A stretch of 64,000 nucleotides of DNA from an uncultured Mediterraneibacter sp. (GCA_934418295.1 CAKRWZ010000001.1:1611-65610), one strand, 5' to 3'; shown: positions 47,691 to 58,547, numbered from the stretch's first letter. A program made the numbers and translations. The notes: a model not told the origin generated them from the letters alone.

Positions 47691-50339
47691 TTACCATCTG
47701 TTTTTCAGTTTATTCTGTAAACGGTACACAGTGTTCAAAGCATCCATCGGTGTCATGTTGGACACATCCAGATTTTTCAATTCTTCTAAGACATCGTCAT
47801 CTTTCACCGTATCAAACAGCGAAATCTGCGCCATATCTACTTCATCGTATCGTTTGCTTTTCTTTTTTCGATTCTCTGCCATCCCGGAAAGATTCTCTTT
47901 CTGCTTGATAACAATGTCCTCTTCCGCCAGTTCTTCTGCAATCTCTTTGGCACGCTCGGTAACAATATCTGGTACCCCGGCCAGTTTTGCCACCTGTATT
48001 CCGTAGCTTTTGTCTGCTCCTCCTTTTACGATCTTTCGGAGGAACACGATATGGTCTTCCTTTTCTTTTACGGCAATACAGTAATTGTTGACATGGTCGA
48101 TCTTCCCTTCCAGCTCCGTCAACTCATGATAATGCGTGGCAAAGAGGGTCCGGGCCCCCAGCAGCTTTTTGTCGCTGATGTATTCTACAACGGCCCACGC
48201 AATACTCAGACCGTCATAAGTACTGGTCCCCCGGCCGATCTCATCCAGGATCAGCAGACTTTTTGCAGTGGCGTTTCGCAAAATATTGGCCACCTCTGTC
48301 ATTTCCACCATAAAGGTACTCTGGCCGCTGGCCAGGTCATCCGACGCTCCCACTCGTGTGAAGATCCGGTCTGCGATCCCGATATTGGCCAAAGAAGCCG
48401 GGACGAAAGAACCCATCTGTGCCATCAAAACGATCAGGGCCGACTGGCGCATATAGGTGGATTTTCCTGCCATGTTTGGTCCGGTTATGATGGAGATCCG
48501 ATTTTTCTTTTCATCCAGATAGGTATCGTTTGCCACAAACATATCGCCTTGGATCATCTTTTCCACCACCGGATGACGTCCGTCTTTGATATCAATGACG
48601 CCTCTCTCATTGATCTTCGGGCGGACGTATCGGTTTCTTTCCGCAACCACAGCCAGAGATGCCAATGCGTCCAGATGTGCAACGGCCTTTGCCGTTTTCT
48701 GGATCCTTTCGATCTCTCCTCCGATCTGATCCCGGATCTGGGTATAGATCTCATATTCCAATGCGGAAAGCTTTTCTTCCGCCCCAAGGATCTTATCCTC
48801 CAATTCTTTCAGCTCCGGTGTAATATACCGTTCTGCATTGGTCAAAGTCTGCTTTCGTATGTAATAATCCGGAACCTGTTCTTTGTAAGAATTGGTCACT
48901 TCCAGATAATAGCCGAAGACCTTATTGTATTTGATCCGGAGCGTTTTGATCCCGGTTTTTTCCTTTTCTTCTGTCTCCACTTTTGCCAGCCAGGTCTTTC
49001 CCTCTGTTTTTGCACTCCGCAATTCATCCACGTCTTCCCGGAAGCCGTCTTTGATGATCCCGCCTTCCTTCATGGCCAGCGGCGGTTCTTCTTTGATCGC
49101 ATTCTTTACCAGGGCACACAGATCCTCCAGCGGATCCAAATCTTCACAGATCTCTTTTAAGACCTCCGACTGCATTTCCGTCAAAATATAACGGATCGAC
49201 GGCAGCATGGCCAGAGAACTTTGAAAAGCGATCAAATCCCTGGGATTTGCCGATTGATACGTGATCTTTGTCGCCAGCCGCTCCAGATCATACACCGGGC
49301 TTAAATATTCCCGGATCTCTTCCCTGGAAATCGTATTTTTTTTCAGTTCCTCCACCGCATCCAGACGTTTCTGGATCTGCTCTTTCCGGATCATGGGCTG
49401 TTCCACATATTTGCGCAGCATACGGGCTCCCATAGCTGTTTTGGTTTTATCCAGCACCCAGAGAAGGGAACCTTTTTTCTGCTTTTCCCGAAGAGTCTCG
49501 CACAACTCCAGATTTCTTCTGGTAGAGCTGTCTAAAATCATATAGGAAGCTGCCATATAAGGAGTCAAATGAGTCAGCTGCGAAAGCGAATTTTTCTGTG
49601 TTTCATACAGATAGATCAAAAGCGCTCCAGCGCTTATGGTCCCGCAGTCATAATCCTCCAGGCCCAGTCCTTGCAGGGACGAAACCTGAAAATGTTCTTT
49701 CAATTTTTCCTTGCACTGATCGTCGTTAAAATACCAGCTGTCCAAAGCGTACACAGAAATCCCCAGCTTATCTTTTAAACGATCCAGGTTGATCCCGCTC
49801 ATATAAAAGGATTCGTTACAGATGATCTCGCTGGGACTGAAACGAAAGATTTCATCGTTCAGCCGTTCCCCGTCGGTGATCTCCGTCACAAAATATTCCC
49901 CGGTAGATACATCCGCCACGGAAACGCCGTACCGGTCCGCGATATAAACGATGCACATGATGTAATTGTTTCTGGATTCATCCAAGGCTTTTAAGTCGGT
50001 GTTGGTTCCCGGCGTCACGACACGGATCACTTCTCTTTTGACGATCCCTTTTGCCGTCTTCGGGTCCTCCACCTGTTCACAGATCGCGACTTTATATCCT
50101 TTAGAAACCAGCTTGTTTAAATATGCCTCCACCGCATGGTAAGGAACACCGCACATGGGCGCTCGTTCTTCCAGGCCGCAGTTCTTCCCGGTCAGGGCGA
50201 TTTCCAGTTCCTTGGACGCGATCAGCGCATCGTCGAAAAACATTTCATAAAAATCACCCAGTCTATAAAAAAGAATACAGTCTTTGTATTCTTCTTTCGT
50301 TTTTAAGTATTGTTGCATCATTGGGGTTATTTCTGCCAA
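47691..50339 (-). CDS. mutS: DNA mismatch repair protein MutS
   Basis: ITPMMQQYLK N-terminus, Walker A GPNMAGKST, and DEIGRGTSTYDG. Start proposed at TTG 50339 (AAGGAG 7 nt upstream). The ORF is open up to ATG 50393. Confidence 0.95.
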   Translation of the reverse strand: MAEITPMMQQYLKTKEEYKDCILFYRLGDFYEMFFDDALIASKELEIALTGKNCGLEERAPMCGVPYHAVEAYLNKLVSKGYKVAICEQVEDPKTAKGIVKREVIRVVTPGTNTDLKALDESRNNYIMCIVYIADRYGVSVADVSTGEYFVTEITDGERLNDEIFRFSPSEIICNESFYMSGINLDRLKDKLGISVYALDSWYFNDDQCKEKLKEHFQVSSLQGLGLEDYDCGTISAGALLIYLYETQKNSLSQLTHLTPYMAASYMILDSSTRRNLELCETLREKQKKGSLLWVLDKTKTAMGARMLRKYVEQPMIRKEQIQKRLDAVEELKKNTISREEIREYLSPVYDLERLATKITYQSANPRDLIAFQSSLAMLPSIRYILTEMQSEVLKEICEDLDPLEDLCALVKNAIKEEPPLAMKEGGIIKDGFREDVDELRSAKTEGKTWLAKVETEEKEKTGIKTLRIKYNKVFGYYLEVTNSYKEQVPDYYIRKQTLTNAERYITPELKELEDKILGAEEKLSALEYEIYTQIRDQIGGEIERIQKTAKAVAHLDALASLAVVAERNRYVRPKINERGVIDIKDGRHPVVEKMIQGDMFVANDTYLDEKKNRISIITGPNMAGKSTYMRQSALIVLMAQMGSFVPASLANIGIADRIFTRVGASDDLASGQSTFMVEMTEVANILRNATAKSLLILDEIGRGTSTYDGLSIAWAVVEYISDKKLLGARTLFATHYHELTELEGKIDHVNNYCIAVKEKEDHIVFLRKIVKGGADKSYGIQVAKLAGVPDIVTERAKEIAEELAEEDIVIKQKENLSGMAENRKKKSKRYDEVDMAQISLFDTVKDDDVLEELKNLDVSNMTPMDALNTVYRLQNKLKNRW

Positions 50340-50402
50340 CGTCTGTCTCCTTTCCTGCCCGGCCACTTCCAGACGGATTCTTATCTTCTGCATAGCATTT
50401 AA

Positions 50403-50828
50403 TTATAGCATTTTTTTCTTTTTTAGAAAAGATGTTTCTTCCCTGTAGACCCGCTCGGCAACGAAACGTGCACACCAAATCCCGACGACACAAAGGCCGC
50501 TGAAAAAGACGGCATACAACAAACAGATCTGTCCGAACAGATTAAAGGGTTCATCACTGTAATCCCAGACCTGCCATTGAAAAATACCGTTTACCAGAAT
50601 GCCGGTGATAAATTCTCCGCACAAAAGAAACAGCATACTGCGTAAAAACTGACGCCACATCGGATCTTTCCATTGGACCCATATTCCTTGCTGGGCAAAA
50701 AAGATCATACAGGTTCCCGCCAGCAAAAACATGCTCCAATGGGAATAGCCGCGGAACAAAATTTCGATCATGTAATAAGCGCTTCCTCCCAAAGCACCCA
50801 AAAACAGATATTCGCTGAATCTTTTCAT
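50403..50828 (-). CDS. Small polytopic membrane protein (DUF1113 / putative type-IV ABC-transporter-like family)
   Basis: 142 aa from ATG 50828, four hydrophobic helices, YYMIEILFRG motif. Confidence 0.55.
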   Translation of the reverse strand: MKRFSEYLFLGALGGSAYYMIEILFRGYSHWSMFLLAGTCMIFFAQQGIWVQWKDPMWRQFLRSMLFLLCGEFITGILVNGIFQWQVWDYSDEPFNLFGQICLLYAVFFSGLCVVGIWCARFVAERVYREETSFLKKKKML

Positions 50829-50885
50829 AAAAAATGCGCCCTTTCCCATGTTCTTACCACATAGTCTGGACGCATTTTCTTCTTT

Positions 50886-52382
50886 TTACTCTTTCAAAAC
50901 ACTGGAGGATTCTTCCGCGATCTCTCCGATATAATAAAAACCTCGGCATTCTGACAGATGCACCCGGATCAGTTTTCCGATCAGGGAAGCATCTCCCGGA
51001 AAATGTACCAGAAGATTGTTTCCCATTCTTCCGGTCACAAATCCCTTTTCGTGATCGTCTACCGATTCCACCAATACCTGCTGTACCGTTCCTTCATACT
51101 TTCCGCATTCTTCCGCTGAAATTTTCTGTACTTCCTTTAACAGTCTGTCGAAACGGTTTTTGACGATTTCATCCGGCACCTGATTCTCCATAACGGCTGC
51201 CGGCGTCCCGGTACGCGGTGAATAGATAAAAGTAAACGCACTGTCATAACGGACGCGTCTTACCACATCCATCGTCTCCTCGAAATCTGCTTCCGTTTCC
51301 CCAGGAAATCCCACGATAATGTCGGTCGTAAGAGACAGCTCCGGCATGGCAGCTTTCAGTTTTTCTGTCAGACGAAGATACTGTTCTTTCGTATAACGCC
51401 GGTTCATTTTTTGCAGGATTTCTGTACTCCCGGACTGCAGAGGCAGATGCAGATGACGACAGATCTTTTTAGAAGTACGCATTACCTCGATCAGATCATC
51501 AGAGAGATCCTTCGGGTGGGATGTCATAAAACGGATCCGCTCCAATCCTTCTATTTTCTCGATTTCCTGCAGAAGTTGGGCAAATGTGATCTTCTCTTCC
51601 AGATTTTTTCCGTAGGAGTTTACGTTTTGGCCGAGAAGCATAATCTCAATGACGCCATCCGCCACCAAACTTTCGATCTCCCGCAGGATTTCTTTTGGCT
51701 CCCTGCTTCTTTCCCGCCCTCTCACATAAGGGACGATACAATAACTACAAAAATTATTGCAGCCAAACATGATATTCACACCGGATTTAAAAGTGTATTT
51801 TCGGTCTGTGGGCAGATTTTCTACAATTTGATCTGCTTCTTTCCACACATCGATGACCATGCGCTCTGATTCCAGACAAGTGGTGAGAAGCTCTGCAAAT
51901 TTATAAATATTGTGCGTCCCAAAGATCAGATCCGTCTGCCGGTAACTCTTTTTGATCTTTTCCACTTCCTCCGGCTCCTGCATCATGCAGCCGCAAAGAC
52001 CGATCAGCATATCTGGATTCTGTTTTTTTGCCCGGTTTAACTGCCCCAATCGTCCGTACAACTTTTGATTGGCGTTTTCCCGCACCGTGCACGTGTTAAA
52101 GATTACAAAATCCGCCTGGTTTTCATCCGGGGATTCCCGGTAACCGACGGTTTCCAAAATACCTGCCAGCTTTTCGGAATCCCTGGCGTTCATCTGACAG
52201 CCAAAGGTTGTCACATGATATGTAAGCTCTCTGCCTTTCCGCTCTTTTCTTTCTTCCAGCAGCCGGCGCGCCTTTTTGATAAAATAATACTGGCGCATAG
52301 GTTCTTCTTTCGGGACCGCCCCCTTCAGGTCTATGCTCTCCATCAGTACTTCCAATTCTGTTTCTGTCGTTTTATTCTGCAT
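50886..52382 (-). CDS. miaB: tRNA (i6A37) methylthiotransferase
   Basis: UPF0004 N-terminal domain (TFGCQMN), radical SAM CNNFCSYC motif, and C-terminal TRAM domain. The N-terminal start is uncertain. Confidence 0.9.
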   Translation of the reverse strand: MQNKTTETELEVLMESIDLKGAVPKEEPMRQYYFIKKARRLLEERKERKGRELTYHVTTFGCQMNARDSEKLAGILETVGYRESPDENQADFVIFNTCTVRENANQKLYGRLGQLNRAKKQNPDMLIGLCGCMMQEPEEVEKIKKSYRQTDLIFGTHNIYKFAELLTTCLESERMVIDVWKEADQIVENLPTDRKYTFKSGVNIMFGCNNFCSYCIVPYVRGRERSREPKEILREIESLVADGVIEIMLLGQNVNSYGKNLEEKITFAQLLQEIEKIEGLERIRFMTSHPKDLSDDLIEVMRTSKKICRHLHLPLQSGSTEILQKMNRRYTKEQYLRLTEKLKAAMPELSLTTDIIVGFPGETEADFEETMDVVRRVRYDSAFTFIYSPRTGTPAAVMENQVPDEIVKNRFDRLLKEVQKISAEECGKYEGTVQQVLVESVDDHEKGFVTGRMGNNLLVHFPGDASLIGKLIRVHLSECRGFYYIGEIAEESSSVLKE

Positions 52383-52408
52383 AAGGTTCCCCTTGTTTCT
52401 AAGTCTGT

Positions 52409-52588
52409 TTATAAAAACCGGTTTTTCTCCCGGTCATAAAAATAGTCAATGCTTTCCAAAACTTTTTCCGTTTCTTTTTGATTGATCTCCAAATCCTCGC
52501 ATAGGGTTTCCAGATCCGGATAATCATCCCGCAGTTTTGTGTTGATGACACTGAGCAGCATGACCGGATCCTTTGGTAATGTATTCAT
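52409..52588 (-). CDS. DUF4250 domain protein
   Basis: MNTLPKDPVMLLSVINTKLRD... is the DUF4250 signature. Start at ATG 52588. Confidence 0.65.
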   Translation of the reverse strand: MNTLPKDPVMLLSVINTKLRDDYPDLETLCEDLEINQKETEKVLESIDYFYDREKNRFL

Positions 52589-53157
52589 TTGCACTCTTCT
52601 CCTTTTTGGCACAGACATTCTGTTTCCGTTACCAGATATTCCGGTTTGATATCATGGGACTCTGCCGTGATCTCCTCCACCAGCTGCAGATCGAAGGCCA
52701 GGGCAGCAGTGTGCATTTGAGGATGCTTTTTCAGATACCGGTCATAATATCCGCCTCCGTATCCGATCCGGGCACAAGAACGGTCAAAAGCGGCTCCCGG
52801 CATTAAGATCAACGCTTTTTTTGTTTCTGCTCTTTTCTCTGTGACCGGTTCTAAAATTCCAAATTTTCCCGGAGACAGATCTGCCAGGGACGTGATCTCA
52901 TAAAATTCCATTTCTGTTTCAGAGATCACTTTGGGAACTGCCGTTTTTTTTCCCTGTCTCCAGGCTTCTTCCAGGACCGGCAGCGTATTAACTTCCCCCC
53001 GGATCGGCAGATACGCGAAAATATATGTTTCTTCCCGAAAAGCCGGGTGTAAAAAGATCTGTTTTGCGATGGTCAGACTTTTTTCTTTCCACTCTTCCAA
53101 AGAAAGAGCCTGACGTTTCTTCAAAATCTGCTCTCTGATTTCTTTTTTACTTGCCAT
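52585..53157 (-). CDS. 5-formyltetrahydrofolate cyclo-ligase
   Basis: Start at ATG 53157 (MASKKEIREQILKKR). Motifs include GFGILEP-like (GKFGILEP), MPGAAFD and IGYGGGYYDR. Confidence 0.85.
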   Translation of the reverse strand: MASKKEIREQILKKRQALSLEEWKEKSLTIAKQIFLHPAFREETYIFAYLPIRGEVNTLPVLEEAWRQGKKTAVPKVISETEMEFYEITSLADLSPGKFGILEPVTEKRAETKKALILMPGAAFDRSCARIGYGGGYYDRYLKKHPQMHTAALAFDLQLVEEITAESHDIKPEYLVTETECLCQKGEECK

Positions 53158-53356
53158 ATTTCTTTCCCAAATTGGTGATGGATCCGTCCTTTTCCCGAAT
53201 ATCGATCCGGTCCAGCTGGCTGCGGAGATTTTTCCTGCATAAATACAGATATTCTTCCCGCAGTTTTGTCTGCTCTTCCTTTTCTTCCGGTGTAAGCCCC
53301 TCTGCTTTTGATTTCCGGTACAACTCATTGATCCGTTCTATCTTTTGTTTGTCCAT
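53147..53356 (-). CDS. DUF896 (UPF0291) family protein
   Basis: RINELYRKSKAEGLTPEEKEEQTKLREEYL is typical of DUF896. Start at ATG 53356. Confidence 0.7.
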   Translation of the reverse strand: MDKQKIERINELYRKSKAEGLTPEEKEEQTKLREEYLYLCRKNLRSQLDRIDIREKDGSITNLGKKYGK

Positions 53357-53382
53357 ATCTGTTTCCAACCTTTCTGTTTGGT

Positions 53383-53745
53383 TCAACTGGAATAATTTTC
53401 CAGAAATCCGTACAATTCCTCTGTCGTTTCGATCCGTTTTCCCGACATGATTTCCTCCTGAAGTTCTTCGGGAAGCTCCTGAACAGAAATATCCGTATAT
53501 TCATAAAGCGTCTGTCCGTCCTGCAGATAGACGGCAAGATAACCGTTGAGATCTTTCAGGTAATACCCACTGTTTTTTTGTGCATCGCCTTCGGCCGGAG
53601 TCAGATTTTCTGCTTTCACATTTTCCGGAAGCTTTTTCTCCGGCAAACGGTGTGCTCGGATCCCATATCCGATTCCAAACAATACCATCGGCAGGACCAT
53701 GCCCAGTATCAAACCAATTCTGTATCTCTTTTTCATAAGGAACAC
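53383..53745 (-). CDS. Membrane-anchored BofC C-terminal-domain-like protein
   Basis: N-terminal TM helix, then YYLKDLNGYLAVYLQDGQTLYEYTDISVQELPEELQEEI, which resembles BofC_C-type domains of spore formers. Confidence 0.5.
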   Translation of the reverse strand: MFLMKKRYRIGLILGMVLPMVLFGIGYGIRAHRLPEKKLPENVKAENLTPAEGDAQKNSGYYLKDLNGYLAVYLQDGQTLYEYTDISVQELPEELQEEIMSGKRIETTEELYGFLENYSS

Positions 53746-53794
53746 TCCTTTTTCTTACAGTATCGGTCTTTTTGCCGGTCTTATACAAAAATTT

Positions 53795-55453
53795 TTAAAT
53801 CAGTCGAAACTTCTTTGCCAGATTTACGATGCTGCTTCCCTTTGGCATGGCCAGAAGCTCTTCCTCCGTAAACGCCCCGATCTTCAGAACGCATACCGCA
53901 TATACCGCCACTGCCACCAGCAATGCCAACACTGTGGCGATACGGCCTCCAATGATCAGATCAAACAATTTATGGAAAAGGAAGGTCACCGCTCCCATGA
54001 TCCCCGCAGCGATCAACGGTTTTACAAAGGTATTCTTCTTTTCCTGGACATAGCCGGAATATTGGTAGATCGCCTTTGCATTCAAAATACACATGGAAAG
54101 GGAGAATACAATATTCCCTGCAACAATCGCATAGATATTCCACTTGAAGACAACCAGCATCAGCAGCAAGGACACGATATGGATTCCCAGTGAGATCGCC
54201 GCATTTTTGACCGGTGTGGTCATGTGGTTCAAGCCCTGTAAAACTGCATTTGTCACAGTAGAAAGACAATAGAACACCACTGTGACCGAGCCCAGTGCCA
54301 GCATCAACGCCGGCGTTTTACGGGCATCCCCGAACAGAAGCTGCATCAACGGTGACGACAGTGCCAAATATCCGACAAAACTCGGGATCGCGATCAACAT
54401 TGCAAAGCGGACGGTCAGCTGAATCTTTTTATAGATCTGTGCTCTGTTTTTGATGGCAACCGCTGCCGTCAGACTTGGAATCACGGAAGAAGCCAGCGCA
54501 TTTGCCATGGCCAGCGGTACGTTGATCAAAGTGTTGTACTTTCCGGTAAAAATTCCAAGCAAAGCAACGTACTCTTTTTCTGCATGTCCCTGTGCTGCCA
54601 TGATCTTACTGAAGATCACCTGGTCGATTACCTGGCTGATATTGTAGATAGCCGTACTCAAAATGACTGGGGCGATCGTAATGAGAATAATCTTGAAAAT
54701 ATGTTGATAGCTTTCTGTTTTATGGCTCCGATCTGCCTGATATTTCCGTTTCATGCTCTTTTTAAAGCAGAACAGAATAAACAACAGAAATCCTGCACCT
54801 GCCAGCGCACCAATGACAGTACCAAGCGTTCCGCCGGCTGCTGCATAGGCAGATTTGTAAAGATCGTTTCTCTTCGCTTTGGCCACGCCGGCTCCGACTT
54901 TCAGCAGATAGCTGGCTGCAATCAGACTGACGATGGCATTTACCACCTGCTCGATGATCTGTGACGCCGCCGTCGGCATCATCGTGCCCATTCCCTGGAA
55001 ATAACCACGCAGAACACCCATGATCGCCACGATGAACAAGCCGGGTGCCAACACACGCAATGCATATTTACTGAAAGGTGCTGACATCAATCCGCCGGCG
55101 ATCCCGCCGGCTCCAAAACCGATGATCAGGCTGATCATCAGACCTGAAACTGCCGCAAAAAGCAGGGCGCACAAAAATACGCGGATCGCATTCCGATCTT
55201 CTTTTTGAGCCACCCTGGCAGAAACCAGCTTCGAGACTGCCAGCGGCAGACTGTAAGAAGACAACAACAGCGCAATGCTGTACACTTCAAAGGCATAGCC
55301 GTAAAAGCCCATTCCCTCATCACCGATGATGTATGTAAGCGGAACCCGATAAGCAATTCCTATGATTCGTGTAATGATCCCCGCAGACGCCAGGATCGCT
55401 CCCTGCAGAAGAAAGTCACTGTCTTTCTTTCTGTTTTTTTGTTTTCTCCCCAT
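53795..55453 (-). CDS. MOP-superfamily polysaccharide/lipid II flippase (SpoVB / MurJ-like)
   Basis: 552 aa with about 14 TM helices. The N-terminus GAILASAGIITRIIGIAYRVPL is typical of SpoVB-like proteins. Confidence 0.75.
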   Translation of the reverse strand: MGRKQKNRKKDSDFLLQGAILASAGIITRIIGIAYRVPLTYIIGDEGMGFYGYAFEVYSIALLLSSYSLPLAVSKLVSARVAQKEDRNAIRVFLCALLFAAVSGLMISLIIGFGAGGIAGGLMSAPFSKYALRVLAPGLFIVAIMGVLRGYFQGMGTMMPTAASQIIEQVVNAIVSLIAASYLLKVGAGVAKAKRNDLYKSAYAAAGGTLGTVIGALAGAGFLLFILFCFKKSMKRKYQADRSHKTESYQHIFKIILITIAPVILSTAIYNISQVIDQVIFSKIMAAQGHAEKEYVALLGIFTGKYNTLINVPLAMANALASSVIPSLTAAVAIKNRAQIYKKIQLTVRFAMLIAIPSFVGYLALSSPLMQLLFGDARKTPALMLALGSVTVVFYCLSTVTNAVLQGLNHMTTPVKNAAISLGIHIVSLLLMLVVFKWNIYAIVAGNIVFSLSMCILNAKAIYQYSGYVQEKKNTFVKPLIAAGIMGAVTFLFHKLFDLIIGGRIATVLALLVAVAVYAVCVLKIGAFTEEELLAMPKGSSIVNLAKKFRLI

Positions 55454-55471
55454 ATGTTCCTCCGTCAGTGC

Positions 55472-55981
55472 TCAGAAAGTATCCGCTTCCCGCGTGATAT
55501 GCATCCGTTCGAGAATCTCTTCCTGCATCCGTTCCATCTGAAGACGTTCCTCTTCTTCCATATGATCGTAACCAAATAAGTGTAACATACTATGGGCAAT
55601 AAGAAAAGCAAATTCCCGTTTTACGGAATGGCCGTACTCTTCTGCCTGCGCAAAAACATGTTCTTTTGAGATCACAATGTCCCCTAAAAGCAGTTCCCCT
55701 GATTCCGGGTGGAAGCAGTCTTCTTCCTGCTCGATCTGCTGAAAATCCAGGGGGTGACGAAACTCATTCATCGGAAAGGAAAGCACATCTGTGGACATAT
55801 CCTTTTCCCGGTATTCTCGATTCAGTTCCCGGATTACTTCGTCCGTCGTCAACAGCAGATTGACTTCTGTCTCGTAGGGACAGCCCAGATAATCCAGCAC
55901 TGCATCGATCACCTGCTCCGCCAGTTCTCTTTCTTCCAGGGGAAGCTTGCTGCCTCCCTCTTCTTCTATATACAAACTCAT
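55472..55981 (-). CDS. ybeY: rRNA maturation endoribonuclease YbeY
   Basis: HSMLHLFGYDH zinc-binding motif. phoH-ybeY order. Confidence 0.93.
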   Translation of the reverse strand: MSLYIEEEGGSKLPLEERELAEQVIDAVLDYLGCPYETEVNLLLTTDEVIRELNREYREKDMSTDVLSFPMNEFRHPLDFQQIEQEEDCFHPESGELLLGDIVISKEHVFAQAEEYGHSVKREFAFLIAHSMLHLFGYDHMEEEERLQMERMQEEILERMHITREADTF

Positions 55982-56973
55982 GACGTCTTCTTTCTGCCCC
56001 TTTCTTTTCCGTGGGAACTTTTCTTTTCATATTCCTCATATGCTTTTACGATCTTTTGTACCAACGGATGCCGGACGACGTCCTGGTTGGTCAGACGGCA
56101 GATGCTGATGTCTTCCAGATTCTTAACGACCCGCACTGCCACATCCAGCCCGGAAGTCGTTCCCTGGGGAAGATCCTTTTGTGAAGAATCTCCGGTCACC
56201 ACCACTTTGGAACCGAAACCGATCCTCGTCAAAAACATTTTCATCTGAGCAGGCGTCGTATTCTGCGCCTCATCCAGGATGATAAAAGCATTATCCAGCG
56301 TCCGTCCGCGCATATAGGCCAATGGCGCCACTTCGATCAGGCCTTTTTCTGAATTCCTGATAAAGCTTTCCGCTCCCATGATCTCATAAAGCGCATCGTA
56401 CAGTGGCCGAAGATAAGGATCGATCTTGCTCTGCAAATCGCCCGGCAGGAATCCCAGCTTTTCACCTGCTTCGATGGCCGGTCTTGTCAGGATGATCCGG
56501 TTGACTTCGTTCTGTTTAAAAGCCGTGATTGCCATAGCCATGGCCAGATAGGTTTTGCCGGTACCGGCAGGTCCCAGGCCGAAGGTGATCATCTGCTTCC
56601 GGATGGCATCCACATACTTTTTCTGTCCCACGGTCTTTGGTTTGATCGGTTTGCCCTGCAAGGTATGACAGATCAGATCTTTGTCGATTTCTGCAAGATC
56701 CGATTCTCTGTCCTCAAACACCAATGAGATTGCGTAATCTACATTCTGTTCCGTGATCGTATTCCCGCGGGCTGACAATTCCGTCAACTGTGTCAGGATC
56801 CGGCTGACCTTATCGACCGCCTCCGATTCTCCCATGATCTTCACGTGCTCGTCTCTTAGGATCAATGTCACGTGAAAGACTCTCTCCAGTTTTTTTGCGT
56901 ACATATCAAACTGCCCGAAAACATTTTTCTCATGTTCGGCCGGAAGATCAATGATTGTTTCCGAAAGACTCAT
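55978..56973 (-). CDS. phoH: PhoH family ATPase
   Basis: GPAGTGKTYLAMA Walker A, ILDEAQN, and VVTGDSSQ. Confidence 0.92.
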   Translation of the reverse strand: MSLSETIIDLPAEHEKNVFGQFDMYAKKLERVFHVTLILRDEHVKIMGESEAVDKVSRILTQLTELSARGNTITEQNVDYAISLVFEDRESDLAEIDKDLICHTLQGKPIKPKTVGQKKYVDAIRKQMITFGLGPAGTGKTYLAMAMAITAFKQNEVNRIILTRPAIEAGEKLGFLPGDLQSKIDPYLRPLYDALYEIMGAESFIRNSEKGLIEVAPLAYMRGRTLDNAFIILDEAQNTTPAQMKMFLTRIGFGSKVVVTGDSSQKDLPQGTTSGLDVAVRVVKNLEDISICRLTNQDVVRHPLVQKIVKAYEEYEKKSSHGKERGRKKTS

Positions 56974-57040
56974 CTGCTTTATTCCTTTCTTCTGTCCGGT
57001 TTTCTGAAATGATGATGCCGATCCTGCGATAGATAAAGGT

Positions 57041-58255
57041 TCAGGGAGCCTTTTTTAACTGTCCGATCGGTTCTATCAGCGAAAGACTGCCCGTCGCGGC
57101 AGCCTGATTTTCGTCTATCTGTATTTTAACATCATTTCCCGTGATTTGAACCCCTTTTTTTTGCAAATCCTCGCAAAAACGGGAAAATTCGGCACTTAAT
57201 ATTTCCTGCAGTTGATCGGATGACCGTGTTTTCGTCTCCATACGGTATTCTTTTTTACAAATACTGCCCCATTTCAAAGGCAGCAGCCAATTTTCTCCGA
57301 TTTTCAGCTGTTTTTCCCATACCCGGATCTCTTGTGCCTCTTTCGTCTTCAGCCCGGGATCCCAGCCTAAAAATAACCGGTATTTCCCGATCTGTATAAA
57401 CCAGGTCGTTTGCTGTTTTTTTCCCTGATAATTCTTCTCCTGCACAGAAAGCGGGATCACATTCCGATAATCCATTTCTGTGGCACCCAACACATCTGCA
57501 TCTGCTTTGCAGATTTGATATCCCACCACTTCTTTTGCGTCATTGAGCAGTTCTACCTGGCCGGAAACCAACAGATCGCCTTTGTGTACCTGATCCCCCA
57601 CATGTACCGCCGGAGTTCCCTCTCTGGTGATGATCTCCCGGATCACGGCATCCTTCTGTGCGATCAGATCTGCCGCTGCATCCGTTTCTTGTTCCGGCAT
57701 ATTTTGTTCTTCCGTTTTCACCACAGACAGATCATCGTTTTCCCGGATCCGGATTTCCAGCACACTTCCCTCTATATAAGCCGAGACCCAGACGATGTCG
57801 TCAAATTCCTTCCGGATTTCTTTTACGATCTCTTCGCACTTCAACCCGGATTTTTTCATGCCCGGTTCGATCCCCTGCTCTTTCAGAAAACGAGTCAGTA
57901 CTTCGTCGGTTTGAAAACAGTTTCCCTGAAAACGGATATCCCAGATAAAACAGGAATACAGCCATACAAGAAAAACGCAAACCCCGCCCCCGACGAAAAA
58001 CCCTTTCCGTTTCCGATTACGGAAAAGAAAAAACGGAACCCCTCTTTTTTGCAGGATCTTGATCCGCGTCTCTGTCTTTCTTAAAAGCGGTTTCATCCTC
58101 TTGAAATCTGCCGCATATAAACACAGTTCACACCCGTCTTCCACGGCTGTAAGCTCCCAGATCACAATACGATGAAAACTGCAGAGATTTAAGAATCTTT
58201 CCAGCGAATGTCCGGTGATCTTCACTTTGATATACCCTTTTAATCTTCCCATCAC
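57041..58255 (-). CDS. yqfD: Sporulation protein YqfD
   Basis: 404 aa. N-terminus G..KVKITG...ERFLN, a central TM helix, and yqfC-yqfD-phoH order as in Bacillus and Clostridium. Confidence 0.85.
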   Translation of the reverse strand: MMGRLKGYIKVKITGHSLERFLNLCSFHRIVIWELTAVEDGCELCLYAADFKRMKPLLRKTETRIKILQKRGVPFFLFRNRKRKGFFVGGGVCVFLVWLYSCFIWDIRFQGNCFQTDEVLTRFLKEQGIEPGMKKSGLKCEEIVKEIRKEFDDIVWVSAYIEGSVLEIRIRENDDLSVVKTEEQNMPEQETDAAADLIAQKDAVIREIITREGTPAVHVGDQVHKGDLLVSGQVELLNDAKEVVGYQICKADADVLGATEMDYRNVIPLSVQEKNYQGKKQQTTWFIQIGKYRLFLGWDPGLKTKEAQEIRVWEKQLKIGENWLLPLKWGSICKKEYRMETKTRSSDQLQEILSAEFSRFCEDLQKKGVQITGNDVKIQIDENQAAATGSLSLIEPIGQLKKAP

Positions 58256-58542
58256 TTTTTACATTCCAAAGATAAAATTTCCCCTTTTATGACCATTTCA
58301 TCATTGGTATAAGATTCGATCTCCATCCGTTTTCCGCAGACACGGATCTGGCTGTTTTTCGTCTGGATCCGGATCAGTTCTTCTGTATATTCAATGATTC
58401 CCCGGTAATTTTCTATACACAGTTCCTCCCAGCCCAACATCGTCATGATCGGCAGCCCCTTGACCACATCTTTGGGAAGTCCTGCTGTTTCAGAAAAACG
58501 ATATTTTGTTTTTTCTTTCTCTGGTTCCGGATTTTGTTTCAT
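58252..58542 (-). CDS. yqfC: YabP/YqfC family sporulation protein
   Basis: LPKDVVKGLPIMTMLGWEELCIENYRGIIEYT is the YqfC signature. ATG 58542 is preferred because ATG 58554 lies inside the hairpin. Confidence 0.82.
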   Translation of the reverse strand: MKQNPEPEKEKTKYRFSETAGLPKDVVKGLPIMTMLGWEELCIENYRGIIEYTEELIRIQTKNSQIRVCGKRMEIESYTNDEMVIKGEILSLECKK

Positions 58543-58547
58543 AACAA